A stretch of DNA of 64,000 bases, from positions 126,621-190,620 of the forward strand of contig CAZHIP010000001.1 in assembly GCA_964532925.1 (NCBI GenBank), read 5' to 3'. Numbering within the stretch: the first letter of the stretch is position 1; each line of letters starts with the position of its first letter. This document shows positions 27,377-37,060 of this stretch, piece by piece. The position numbers and the translations under genes were made by a program. A model generated the notes under the pieces. The model saw only the letters and a list, made by a program, of their open reading frames with translations, was not told where the DNA came from and ran no database searches. The DNA is from an uncultured Gammaproteobacteria bacterium (lineage in GTDB: Bacteria > Patescibacteriota > Patescibacteriia > GWA2-47-26).

Positions 27377-30079
27377 ATGAGTTTTCTTACAAAAATTTTT
27401 GGAGACCCCAACGCGCGCTACGTAGGCAAATTGTGGCCGATCGTCCGTCAGGTTAATGCACTGGAGGAGGCGGTGACCAAGCTGTCCGATGACGAGCTCA
27501 AGGCAAAAACAATGAGTTTCAAGGAGCGTCTGGCAGGTGGCGAGGCAACATTAGATGAACTGTTGCCCGAGGCCTTTGCTATGGTTCGCGAGACTGCCAA
27601 GCGCGTACTTGGTCAGCGTCATTATGATGTCCAGCTATTAGGAGGAGTTGTGCTTCATCGCGGTGCTATTGCAGAGATGCGCACCGGTGAAGGTAAAACG
27701 CTTGTGGCGACAGCGCCAGCCTATCTGAATGCGCTTATGGGCAAAGGTGTCCATGTTGTTACGGTGAACGATTACTTGGCACGCCGTGATGCTACTTGGA
27801 TGGGCCGCGTCTATCATGCACTTGGGTTGACGACCGCATGTCTCACGCATGACGGTGCACATATTTTTGACCCAGAATACAAGAGTAAAGAGGCTGATGA
27901 GAAAAACGAGATTGCTGCATACAAAGTAGACCAAGAGTTTTTGCGTCCAGTGTCGCGTCAAGAAGCCTATGCGGCCGATATCACCTATGGCACCAACAAC
28001 GAATTCGGTTTTGATTATCTTCGAGATAACATGGCAGCAACACTGGCGACCATGGTGCAGCGCGAACCACATTACGCGATTATTGATGAAGTAGACTCGA
28101 TTTTGATCGATGAAGCGCGTACTCCACTTATTATTTCTGCTCAAGCTGAGGAGTCAGCTGATTTGTATTATAAGTTCGCAAAGATCGCAGCTACGCTTGT
28201 TGAAAATACAGACTACAATGTTGACGAAAAAATGCGTGCCGCAACATTTACCGAGGCGGGTGTTACCAAAGTTGAACAAGCGCTGGGTATAGCAAACCTC
28301 TATGCAGAAGCGGGATCAACACTGGTTCGCCACGCAGAAGCAGCTCTGAAAGCACGAACATTGTTCCGCCTGGATCGGGAATATGTTGTGCGTGAAGGGG
28401 AAGTTATTATTGTCGATGAATTTACTGGCCGTCTCATGCCGGGTCGTCGTTGGTCAGAAGGTCTGCATCAGGCTGTTGAAGCAAAAGAAGGTTTGAAGAT
28501 CGAGAATGAATCGCAAACGTTGGCGACGGTTACATTGCAAAACTTCTTCCGTATGTTTCCGAAGATGGCAGGCATGACCGGTACCGCCATTACTGAGGCC
28601 GAGGAATTTCATAAGATCTATAAACTCGAAGTGGTCTCGGTTCCAACGCATCGCAACAACGTTCGTAAAGACTTAGTTGATCGTGTCTATAAAAACGAGA
28701 TTGCAAAATTTACTGCCGCGGTAGGTGAAATTAAGGCTCGCCACGAAAAGGGCCAACCAGTGTTGGTTGGTACTATTTCAATCGAGAAAAACGAAGTTAT
28801 TTCCGAACTTCTCACGCGCGCAGGTGTGCCGCACGAAGTATTGAATGCAAAAAACCACGAACGTGAAGCCGCGATTATTGCACAAGCCGGTAAACTGGGT
28901 GGCGTTACCGTGGCCACGAATATGGCTGGTCGTGGTGTCGACATTATTTTGGGCGGTAATCCTGCAGATCCAGCGGAAGCAGAAAAAGTTCGTGCACTCG
29001 GTGGTCTATTTGTTTTGGGTACTGAACGCCATGAATCCCGTCGTATCGACAACCAGTTGCGCGGTCGTTCTGGTCGACAAGGGGATCCGGGCTCTTCACA
29101 ATTCTTTGTTTCGCTCGAAGACGACCTGATGCGTATTTTTGCAGGGGATCGCATCAAGAACCTCATGGAGCGGTTCAATTTGCCCGACGACATGCCGATT
29201 GAAAATGCGCTCGTTTCGCGCTCGATTGAGTCTGCGCAGCGCAAAGTGGAACAGCACAACTTCGATATCCGCAAACATCTTCTTGAATACGATGATGTTT
29301 TAAATAAACATCGCGATACCATCTACCGCAAACGTCGCAATATCTTGCAGCTTGGTACCGAGAAGTCGGTCGCGCTCAAAGAAATGGCGCTTGATATGAT
29401 TGAGCACGAGTTGGAGCGTGTGGTGATGTTTCACACCAACGATGATACCGATTGGAACATTAAAGAAATTTACGAAGTTGCGAACACTATCTTTCCCATT
29501 GATGAATCTGAACGCTCATTTTTGATTGAGCAACCAGACACCAACCTGAAGCTTGATGTTGCAACAACTCGCTCAAAGATTCTTGCGCATCTTATGGAGC
29601 TCGCCGACAAAAAGTACGTCATGCTCGAAGACGCAATGATAAAAACAGCAGGCGACGAACATGCCATGCGTCGCGTTGAGCTTGCAGTAATGCTTCGAGC
29701 CATTGATGCGTTGTGGGTGGAACATTTGGACGCCATTGAACATTTGCGTCAAGGTATTGGTTTGCGTGGATATGGTCAGCGCGATCCGCTGATTGAATAC
29801 AAAAAAGAGGCGTACCGTATGTTCTCGGAACTTACCGCATTGGTTGACCGAGAGATCGTCTATAGTATTTTCAAAGTTGGCGTACATGCCGCAGGGGTCA
29901 CGTCACTCTTAGATCGCAAAGGCATTGTCGAGTCTGCGCCAGCAAAAGAAGGTGATTTGGGTGGTGTTACCACAACACAAACACCTACCGTCGTAGACCC
30001 TAAATATGCCCACGTGGGCCGTAATGACGAGTGTCCGTGTGGTTCTGGTAAGAAGTTTAAGAAGTGTCATGGGGCGTAA
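27377..30079 (+). CDS. secA: preprotein translocase ATPase SecA
   Basis: DEAD-like motor motifs and a C-terminal zinc finger CPCGSGKKFKKCHG. Confidence 0.9.
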   Translation: MSFLTKIFGDPNARYVGKLWPIVRQVNALEEAVTKLSDDELKAKTMSFKERLAGGEATLDELLPEAFAMVRETAKRVLGQRHYDVQLLGGVVLHRGAIAEMRTGEGKTLVATAPAYLNALMGKGVHVVTVNDYLARRDATWMGRVYHALGLTTACLTHDGAHIFDPEYKSKEADEKNEIAAYKVDQEFLRPVSRQEAYAADITYGTNNEFGFDYLRDNMAATLATMVQREPHYAIIDEVDSILIDEARTPLIISAQAEESADLYYKFAKIAATLVENTDYNVDEKMRAATFTEAGVTKVEQALGIANLYAEAGSTLVRHAEAALKARTLFRLDREYVVREGEVIIVDEFTGRLMPGRRWSEGLHQAVEAKEGLKIENESQTLATVTLQNFFRMFPKMAGMTGTAITEAEEFHKIYKLEVVSVPTHRNNVRKDLVDRVYKNEIAKFTAAVGEIKARHEKGQPVLVGTISIEKNEVISELLTRAGVPHEVLNAKNHEREAAIIAQAGKLGGVTVATNMAGRGVDIILGGNPADPAEAEKVRALGGLFVLGTERHESRRIDNQLRGRSGRQGDPGSSQFFVSLEDDLMRIFAGDRIKNLMERFNLPDDMPIENALVSRSIESAQRKVEQHNFDIRKHLLEYDDVLNKHRDTIYRKRRNILQLGTEKSVALKEMALDMIEHELERVVMFHTNDDTDWNIKEIYEVANTIFPIDESERSFLIEQPDTNLKLDVATTRSKILAHLMELADKKYVMLEDAMIKTAGDEHAMRRVELAVMLRAIDALWVEHLDAIEHLRQGIGLRGYGQRDPLIEYKKEAYRMFSELTALVDREIVYSIFKVGVHAAGVTSLLDRKGIVESAPAKEGDLGGVTTTQTPTVVDPKYAHVGRNDECPCGSGKKFKKCHGA

Positions 30080-32042
30080 TATTGTGCCAGATCTCAGCTG
30101 GACTCATTGGGCACCAGAGGATTGTAGTCGAGTTCCAGCTCGAGTCTTAGAAACCCGCAAAGCTGCACTTGGGGTTATTATTGCAGTTCCAAAAGAAGCG
30201 CGGACGTTTGTTAATACCATCGAAGCTATCGAGAAGTCTGGATACGGAACGGCAGATGAAATTAACTATCTCGAAGTGTTGCGTAATGTTAGTGTTTCAA
30301 AAGAAGTTCGTGAGGCAGCCCAGCATGCAGTAGATGAGATTCGCAAAGGCTTGATTGATATCTATTACACTGACGAGTTGTGGCAGGCTATTTCAGAGTA
30401 CGCCGAAAAGGGTGAGCAGCTGGAAGGCCAGGAGGCTAAACTCTTTTTTGAAATGCGCCGTGAGTTTGAGCGCATGGGTTTTGGTTTAGAAAAAGACGCG
30501 AGAGAAGAATTGAAATTGAATATCAAAAAGCGTATTGAGCTTGAGACTACATTCTCGCGCAATATCAATGAATATCGCGATGCTATTGCTGTAACCCTTG
30601 AAGAGCTCGACGGGATGGACGAACGGTTTATCGAGGGGCTTAAGAAAAATGATGAAGGGAGATACTTAGTCGGTCTTGATTACCCAGAGTTAGTTCCTTT
30701 TCTTGGAGGTGCAAAAAACGCTGTTAAGCGGAAAGAATTGCTCGACAAAAATCTTCATAAGGGCGGGGCGGTAAACATGGAGATTTTGGAAAAGGTTTTA
30801 GTTTTGCGCGCCAAAAATGCCGCACGTTTGGGGTACAAAAATCATGCGGACTATGCCACCGCGGTACTCATGTCCAAGAATGGCGACACTGCGCGAGATT
30901 TTTTAACTGGCATTAGTGATAAACTAAAAGATGCCACCAAGCGTGATTACGCTGAGCTGTTGGAAATAAAAAAGCAACAGACAAATGATGTGACAGCCAC
31001 GCTCCAGTATTTTGATACCGCGTACTATACCGAAGAGTTGCAGAAACAGAAGTTTAGTATCGACTCAGAAAAGTTACGTGAGTACTTTCCGCTCGAGCAC
31101 GTCACCGCGCAGATTTTTGCAATATACTCAAAGCTCTTTGGTGCTCGGATTACAGAGGTTCTTGGTGCAAAACTCTGGCACCGGGATGTTCGTATGTATC
31201 AGATTATTGATACGGATGGCTCAATCCGTGCGCATTTTATGCTCGATATATTTCCGCGCGATGGCAAATACACGCATGCTTGTGCCATGGAGATCATCAG
31301 TGCACGAGATGAGCAAGGGGAGCACATCGCCCCTCTGGGTACATTACTCATGAACTTTGCAGCGTCAACGGAAAACACGCCATCCTTGTTGTCGCATGGT
31401 GATGTTGAGACATTTTTCCATGAGTTTGGGCACCTGATGCATTTTTGTTTGGGTCGAACAAAGTATATGTCCCAAAACCCATTTGGCGTGGCGTGGGATT
31501 TTGTAGAAGCGCCATCGCAGATGCTTGAGAACTGGGTATGGAATAAAGAAGCATTATCATTGCTTTCAAAGCACTACCAGACAGGCGAACCTATGCCAGA
31601 GGCCACACTCGATGCGTTAGTAAAAAGTCGCGGTTTTATGATGGCAACGTTTACCATGAAGCAAATGGTGTACGCGCTATTTGATTATTATTTGCACGCC
31701 GAGCCACCACGCTCAAAAGAAGAGATTTGCAAGTTGTTTAATCGGGTTTGGAACGAGCTTTCTGGGGTACTCTTACCAGAGGATAGTATTTTTCCTGCGG
31801 GGTTTGGGCATTTGATGGGGTATGATGCAAAATATTATGGTTATAGTTGGTCGCGCGTTTTTGCGGCTGATATGTTTACACGGTTCGAAAAAGAAGGAGT
31901 ATTACATGAAAAAACTGGTATGGATTACCGCCGGTTCGTTCTTGAGCCAGGTGCCAGCACCGACGAACTCACCTTGGTAAAAAACTTTCTGGGTCGTGAG
32001 CCAAATAATAAAGCATTTTTGAAAGAGATCGGGATTGAGTAA
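30069..32042 (+). CDS. M3-family zinc metallopeptidase (oligopeptidase A/thimet-like)
   Basis: HEFGHLMHF zinc motif. The ORF opens at 30006 inside secA; the first plausible Met is at 30069, overlapping the secA stop by 11 nt. Confidence 0.8.
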   Translation: MGRNIVPDLSWTHWAPEDCSRVPARVLETRKAALGVIIAVPKEARTFVNTIEAIEKSGYGTADEINYLEVLRNVSVSKEVREAAQHAVDEIRKGLIDIYYTDELWQAISEYAEKGEQLEGQEAKLFFEMRREFERMGFGLEKDAREELKLNIKKRIELETTFSRNINEYRDAIAVTLEELDGMDERFIEGLKKNDEGRYLVGLDYPELVPFLGGAKNAVKRKELLDKNLHKGGAVNMEILEKVLVLRAKNAARLGYKNHADYATAVLMSKNGDTARDFLTGISDKLKDATKRDYAELLEIKKQQTNDVTATLQYFDTAYYTEELQKQKFSIDSEKLREYFPLEHVTAQIFAIYSKLFGARITEVLGAKLWHRDVRMYQIIDTDGSIRAHFMLDIFPRDGKYTHACAMEIISARDEQGEHIAPLGTLLMNFAASTENTPSLLSHGDVETFFHEFGHLMHFCLGRTKYMSQNPFGVAWDFVEAPSQMLENWVWNKEALSLLSKHYQTGEPMPEATLDALVKSRGFMMATFTMKQMVYALFDYYLHAEPPRSKEEICKLFNRVWNELSGVLLPEDSIFPAGFGHLMGYDAKYYGYSWSRVFAADMFTRFEKEGVLHEKTGMDYRRFVLEPGASTDELTLVKNFLGREPNNKAFLKEIGIE

Positions 32043-32687
32043 CTAGATTTTTTTCTTTCCGTTGTGCCATTCGCGTAGCGCCGTGGCTTGGATTTCGATT
32101 GCCGTAGCCGGGCGGAGTTTTTGAATCTGTGGCCGTGAGAGTATATCGGTATGGGGACTATCGTCGAGGGCAGCACCAATGTGCCACAAGTCTTCGGGGT
32201 CGGTGATCCAATTTTTTTTATCAAATCGCTTGAGGTTAAATGGTTTAGAAAAACTCCGCATGGTTTTTGTCCCATCGTCGAGAAAGTATTCGTGAAAATA
32301 TGACATGGCGAGTTCTCGTACTGAAGCATAGATTGGTTCTCGGTAGCGCAGGATAGGGTAATTCGTTTTGCTAATCGCGCCCCATTGTTTGCCGTCTGTG
32401 AATAGTGTAACGACATGGTCGAAGTCTCGCGCGGTTGCTTTGAGATCAAGGAGAAGTGGTTCGTGGCCATGATAGTAGAGGATTGCCGCCGCGAGCATAG
32501 CACCTTCGATGCAGTGGCAGTTTCTTGCTTGTAATACAAAGCGTGGCGATTTGCAGGTATCGCCATGTGGCTCATGGTTTATCGGCAACGTGTCCAAGAA
32601 ATCCTGGATTTTTCGTGGAGTGTCTAGCTTTTTGAATAAGGTCAGCTCCTCGGAGGTTAGTTGTGCGAAGGCTTGATTCATAGACAT
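32043..32687 (-). CDS. hypothetical protein, possible transglutaminase-like Cys-His-Asp fold
   Basis: NCHCIEGAMLAAAILYY resembles the G-x-C-x-E-F-A transglutaminase-like motif, with later His and Asp residues. Start chosen at the internal Met (MSMNQ...). Confidence 0.4.
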   Translation of the reverse strand: MSMNQAFAQLTSEELTLFKKLDTPRKIQDFLDTLPINHEPHGDTCKSPRFVLQARNCHCIEGAMLAAAILYYHGHEPLLLDLKATARDFDHVVTLFTDGKQWGAISKTNYPILRYREPIYASVRELAMSYFHEYFLDDGTKTMRSFSKPFNLKRFDKKNWITDPEDLWHIGAALDDSPHTDILSRPQIQKLRPATAIEIQATALREWHNGKKKI

Positions 32688-32709
32688 ATCATAGCGTAAG
32701 CTAGAAACT

Positions 32710-33165
32710 ATGAATACCCAACCAAAGATGGTTACTGTTGCGGTGAGCGGAGGATTTGACCCGCTCCATATTGGCCATGTCCGCATGTTTGAAGAGGCAA
32801 AAAAGCTCGGTGATCGACTGGTCGTTATCTTAAACAATGATAACTGGCTTCAGAAGAAAAAAGGATATGTGTTTATGAAAGAGGAAGAACGCGCCGAGAT
32901 TATTCGGGCATTGCGATGTGTGGATGAGGTCATGCTTACGTTGCATCCAGAAAACCCAGAAGATATGAGTGTCTGTGCTGAATTACGCGTACTGAAGCCA
33001 GATATTTTTGCGAATGGTGGTGACCGAAAGTCAGATAACATTCCGGAAGTTATTGTGTGTAAGGAAATCGGGTGTGAGCTGGTTTTTGAAATAGGTCGTG
33101 GTGGCAAAGTGCAATCAAGCTCGTGGCTCGTTGCGAATTACGAAAAAAACAAACCAACAATATAA
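32710..33165 (+). CDS. cytidylyltransferase-like nucleotidyltransferase (TagD / RfaE domain II-like)
   Basis: 151 aa. HxGH motif VAVSGGFDPLHIGH. Confidence 0.6.
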   Translation: MNTQPKMVTVAVSGGFDPLHIGHVRMFEEAKKLGDRLVVILNNDNWLQKKKGYVFMKEEERAEIIRALRCVDEVMLTLHPENPEDMSVCAELRVLKPDIFANGGDRKSDNIPEVIVCKEIGCELVFEIGRGGKVQSSSWLVANYEKNKPTI

Positions 33166-33247
33166 TAAAGAAAGCCTAAGAATGAAAATACCCCCGGCAG
33201 CATGCTGTATGCTGGCGGGGGTATACGTTGGGAGCAAGGAGCGGAAG

Positions 33248-33550
33248 TTAGTCGCCGCCCTCAAGGAGCGTTTCTTTGGCGACTCGATGAGCTCGGCAAA
33301 GAGGTTCCCCGAGGTCCACTAGGGTGGCTACGAGGGTTTTGAGTTCCTGTTGCTCCTTGGGGGGCAAAGAGCGAATGCGTTCTCGGAACTCTGCCCAGAG
33401 TTCATCACGAACTGCGCGCTCGAACGGGAGCTGTTTTGCTCGTTCGGGCAGCTCATTCAAAACTTCTGTGAGTTTTGGGGTCTCGAGAGCGCGGAGACGT
33501 TTTGCGTCCGCGAGGAAAGACTGATCTTCTGGAATGTATTCTTCTGTCAT
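33248..33550 (-). CDS. hypothetical protein
   Basis: 100 aa, helical and charged, no recognisable motif. Confidence 0.4.
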   Translation of the reverse strand: MTEEYIPEDQSFLADAKRLRALETPKLTEVLNELPERAKQLPFERAVRDELWAEFRERIRSLPPKEQQELKTLVATLVDLGEPLCRAHRVAKETLLEGGD

Positions 33551-33597
33551 TCTTTCTCCTTGTTGGTTGCAGGGTGAACATCGTGAAAAGAGCAGCT

Positions 33598-33786
33598 TGG
33601 CGCGCGGCGTAGGAGTCGAACCTACTAGAAGAGCAACTACCTAGGGAGAATTGACCAAAATTGCTGGCGGGGGATCTTGCCAATAGTTTGGGTCTTTCTC
33701 TGTTTGTGTTGATACCTCAGGATTTCATCAACACAACCCTCTCCAGATAGCGGCCAAGTCCCTACCCAGAACTTTACTTACCGCGC
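33598..33786 (-). ncRNA. candidate structured RNA (about 190 nt) with a tRNA-like 3' end; identity unresolved
   Basis: On the minus strand a consensus T-arm GTAGG-TTCGACT-CCTAC is followed by GCCGCGC-G. That strand can pair with GCGCGGT at 33780-33786 to close a 7-bp acceptor-like stem. Internal perfect hairpins include GTGTTGAT...ATCAACAC. There is no ORF longer than 85 aa in the 512-bp gap. Confidence 0.25.
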
Positions 33787-34062
33787 ATACCTTGTACAAA
33801 CGAAATGACCGCCTTCCTTGTGTGGTGGCGGTCAGGTTTTTGACTTGGAAATGGTTCCTATGTCATCAGACCCTGTCCACACCCATAAAATTAAAGCAAA
33901 GGCCTTTGAAGGACTTTGTAATAATGTAGGATGTGACAATCTGGTACGACATACCTACACATCAATATACCTGGATTCTGGTATTTTGTCAACCAAGCAC
34001 TTTATTCACAGGTCTATTTTTACCCCTCGACGTAGCTTGTTTTTGTGTTAAAATAAGAACTT

Positions 34063-35346
34063 ATGCAAAATATTGCCAATCTCACCAAAACCGATCCCGA
34101 GCTTGCAGAGCTTGTCCAAGCAGAGGTTGTACGTCAGCAAACCGAGCTCGAGATGATCGCATCGGAGAATATTGTTTCTTCTGCGGTCCTTGAGGCATTA
34201 GGCACTCCGCTGACCAATAAATACAGCGAAGGCTATCCAGGTAAGCGCTACTATGGCGGTAATCAGGTTATTGATCAAATTGAACAGCTTGCGATTGACC
34301 GTGCAAAACAGTTGTTTGGCGCAGAACATGTAAATGTCCAGCCTCACGCGGGTGCACAGGCAAATTTTGCCGTGTATTTGGCACTGTGTCAGCCAGGAGA
34401 TACGGTGCTCGCGATGGATTTAAGTGCTGGCGGACATCTTACGCACGGTTCGCCGTATAACTTTAGTGGTAAGTGGTTCAAGGTGATTCCATATGGTGTT
34501 CGCAAAGACACTGAACGAGTAGACATGGAAGAGGTGCGACGTTTGGCGCATGAGCACAAGCCACGTATGATTATTGCTGGTTTTAGTGCATATCCGCAAG
34601 CACTGGATTTCCAAGAATTTGCAAATATTGCGCATGAAGTAGGTGCATACTTATTTGTTGATATGGCACATATTGCGGGTCTTGTTGCTGCAAAGCTAAC
34701 CGAGAGTCCTGTACCATATGCTGATGTGATAACAACCACCACGCACAAAACATTGCGTGGGCCACGTGGCGCAATGATTTTGTGTAAGCGAGAAGATCGA
34801 CTTGACCCTTGTGGTGTAAAGAATCTTGCACAGAAAATTGATAGTGCCGTATTCCCAGGTTCGCAAGGCGGACCGCTCGAACATTGTATTGCCGCAAAAG
34901 CTGTGGCGTTTGGTGAAGCACTCGAACCATCGTTTATTGAGTACCAGAAACAGGTTTTGAAGAATGCGCAGGTGCTTGGTGAGACACTGGTAGCCGAAGG
35001 CGCTCGTTTGGTTTCTGGTGGCACAGACAATCACTTATTGCTTGTGGATGTAACGCCGTGGAATATTGGTGGCAAAGAATCCGAAAGCACGCTTGAGAAG
35101 ATTGGTATTTCTATCAACAAAAATATGATTCCGTTTGATGCACGTAAACCCATGGATCCATCAGGTATTCGTCTTGGTACCCCCGCGCTCACATCTCGCG
35201 GCATGAAGGAGGGAGAGATGAAACAGATTGGCGAATGGATAGCCATGGCATTAAAGAACGTTGGTAGCGAGGAAATTTTGGCTGACCTGAAGGTAAAAGT
35301 CTCTGCCTTAGCTCGTAGGTTTCCTATTTACGCAGATTGGTCATAA
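34063..35346 (+). CDS. glyA: serine hydroxymethyltransferase
   Basis: PLP-lysine region [13 protein letters not shown] and other conserved SHMT blocks. Confidence 0.9.
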   Translation: MQNIANLTKTDPELAELVQAEVVRQQTELEMIASENIVSSAVLEALGTPLTNKYSEGYPGKRYYGGNQVIDQIEQLAIDRAKQLFGAEHVNVQPHAGAQANFAVYLALCQPGDTVLAMDLSAGGHLTHGSPYNFSGKWFKVIPYGVRKDTERVDMEEVRRLAHEHKPRMIIAGFSAYPQALDFQEFANIAHEVGAYLFVDMAHIAGLVAAKLTESPVPYADVITTTTHKTLRGPRGAMILCKREDRLDPCGVKNLAQKIDSAVFPGSQGGPLEHCIAAKAVAFGEALEPSFIEYQKQVLKNAQVLGETLVAEGARLVSGGTDNHLLLVDVTPWNIGGKESESTLEKIGISINKNMIPFDARKPMDPSGIRLGTPALTSRGMKEGEMKQIGEWIAMALKNVGSEEILADLKVKVSALARRFPIYADWS

Positions 35347-35350
35347 ACAT

Positions 35351-36220
35351 ATGCAGCTTCTTGATGGGCGCTATATCGCCCGCGAAATGCGTGAAAAAAT
35401 CAAGATTGCTGTTGGCGTACTAAAACAGCCACCGGCACTTGCTGCTATTTTAGTTGGTGATGATCCTGCGTCCCATTTGTATGTGCGGTTAAAAGAACAG
35501 GCTGCCACGGAGGTTGGTATTCGGTTCGAAAAATTTTCATTTCCGCGCACGGCAAGCCAGGAAGAAGTCATTGCAAAAGTACAAGAACTGAATGATCGTA
35601 CAGATATCCATGCGGTGTTAGTACAACTCCCGTTGCCGCATGGTTTTAGTGCCGATCTTGTGGTTGCTGCTATTGCGCCATGGAAAGATGCAGATGGGTT
35701 TCATCCCGAATCATTGCGTCTTATGGGAAATGGGCTGTTGCCAAAAATAGTCCCGCCGGTTGCCCTGAGTATTATGCGACTTATTGATCAAGCAACGAGT
35801 CATGTGCGTGATGCAAGCGCTGTAATTATTTCGAAAAGTGATATTTTTGCGTTGCCGTTATCGCTCTTGTTGCGAGCAAAAGGTGCACAGGTGGCGGTAA
35901 TCCAGCCTCAGCGGGGTGATTGGTGTGCGCATGAAGCACGCATTAAGAGTGCGGATATTGTTATTAGTGCGGTCGGGCAGCCAGGCACCATTACTGGCGC
36001 TATGGTGAAGCCAGGTACCATATTGATTGATGTTGGAACAACACGTACGAGTGAAGTAGTGGATGGAGCCGAGCGTACGCGTACGGTTGGTGATATTGAT
36101 GCGGCGAGTTGCGAAGAAATGCAAGGATATATTTCTCCTGTGCCGGGGGGTGTTGGTCCGCTTACGGTTGCTTATTTACTTTCAAATACTGTTGAGTTGG
36201 CACGACCGCAGATCAGGTAG
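35351..36220 (+). CDS. folD: bifunctional methylenetetrahydrofolate dehydrogenase/cyclohydrolase
   Basis: LDGRYIARE... N-terminus and the DVGTTR / PVPGGVGP motifs. Confidence 0.9.
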   Translation: MQLLDGRYIAREMREKIKIAVGVLKQPPALAAILVGDDPASHLYVRLKEQAATEVGIRFEKFSFPRTASQEEVIAKVQELNDRTDIHAVLVQLPLPHGFSADLVVAAIAPWKDADGFHPESLRLMGNGLLPKIVPPVALSIMRLIDQATSHVRDASAVIISKSDIFALPLSLLLRAKGAQVAVIQPQRGDWCAHEARIKSADIVISAVGQPGTITGAMVKPGTILIDVGTTRTSEVVDGAERTRTVGDIDAASCEEMQGYISPVPGGVGPLTVAYLLSNTVELARPQIR

Positions 36221-36232
36221 CACAACGTAGTG

Positions 36233-37033
36233 TTACTTTGTCTTATAAAATACTTTCTCTTTGAAGCGGAGGTCAATATAATCAAGCGTGTGTAATTTGC
36301 CTGGGGTTACTACCTGGGCAATGATGCGGTTCATGCGCGTCAATTGTTCGGTGAGGTCAGCAGTTGGATCTATCATGATGCGGAAGCCTTTATCGAGTGC
36401 TAGGGTGACAGATGATGCGTCAGAAGAAGAGGGTAAAAGGGCATATTTTATTCGGTAGCCACGAAACGCTTCGTGGCCAGAAACATTGCCAAGGAATTGC
36501 ATAAACTCAGGATGTACCACTTCTGCTCCAACAGCAGGAAGAGTGGCACCAGAATCATATATACGCAGGGCATTAGGCGCTTCGGTTCCTAAGGGGCCAA
36601 TAATTTTACCGAGTTGGTCAATAGCATAGGATGTACCGCGTGTGACAAAAATTGCATTGGCACCGGTGTCGCTCATGGTAATGAGGAGTGTATGGGGGAG
36701 GTTGCGTGAGATTGATATTTTGTCGGTGCTGTATGTTTTTTTTAATGTGCTCGTAAGATCAGATTTGTTGAGCATGATGATATTTTGCTCGCTCGTAAGT
36801 AGTCCTGTGTGTTCAGAAAAATAAGTACCAAGAACGGTGTGCAAGGAGATCCCCGGAGCCATTGTGCCAGATACTTCTATGGCTTGTATGTGCCATATTG
36901 GAAGGAGTAGCGCAATAACAATGATGAGTACTCCGCCGCCAATAGCAAAAGCCCATTTGCTGATACGTGCAAAAGAAATCGAGGTAGTAGCACGATTGCG
37001 ATTGTATGGGTTTAATCGTTTTTGGTAGCTCAT
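36233..37033 (-). CDS. ftsQ: FtsQ/DivIB-like cell-division protein (POTRA domain)
   Basis: N-terminal TM helix, POTRA-like segment, and a C-terminus ...LHTLDYIDLRFKEKVFYK typical of FtsQ family ends. Confidence 0.55.
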   Translation of the reverse strand: MSYQKRLNPYNRNRATTSISFARISKWAFAIGGGVLIIVIALLLPIWHIQAIEVSGTMAPGISLHTVLGTYFSEHTGLLTSEQNIIMLNKSDLTSTLKKTYSTDKISISRNLPHTLLITMSDTGANAIFVTRGTSYAIDQLGKIIGPLGTEAPNALRIYDSGATLPAVGAEVVHPEFMQFLGNVSGHEAFRGYRIKYALLPSSSDASSVTLALDKGFRIMIDPTADLTEQLTRMNRIIAQVVTPGKLHTLDYIDLRFKEKVFYKTK

Positions 37034-37060
37034 GCAACTGCGTCCGTTTTTTGCAATTCG

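Noticed and set aside
28687-29322. 211-aa minus-strand ORF inside secA
   Set aside because: Antisense to a strongly conserved secA segment with no plausible function; a shadow ORF.
32688-32837. N-terminal 50-aa extension of the transglutaminase-like ORF
   Set aside because: The extension would run across the divergent cytidylyltransferase gene start. The internal Met at about 32687 gives a sensible N-terminus, so the shorter call was used.
33598-33786. tmRNA (ssrA) assignment for the tRNA-like-ended RNA
   Set aside because: At about 190 nt it is too short, and no internal reading frame ends in the typical ...ALAA-stop tag. SRP RNA was also rejected because the GGAA-tetraloop/AGCAGCC domain IV consensus is absent. 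It is left as an unassigned candidate.
33551-34062. ZTP (pfl) riboswitch upstream of glyA-folD
   Set aside because: The biological context is right, but the conserved CCGCCUGGGCA / UGGCG pseudoknot motifs are not present on the plus strand.
34389-35030. 213-aa minus-strand ORF inside glyA
   Set aside because: Antisense to conserved SHMT coding sequence; a shadow ORF.
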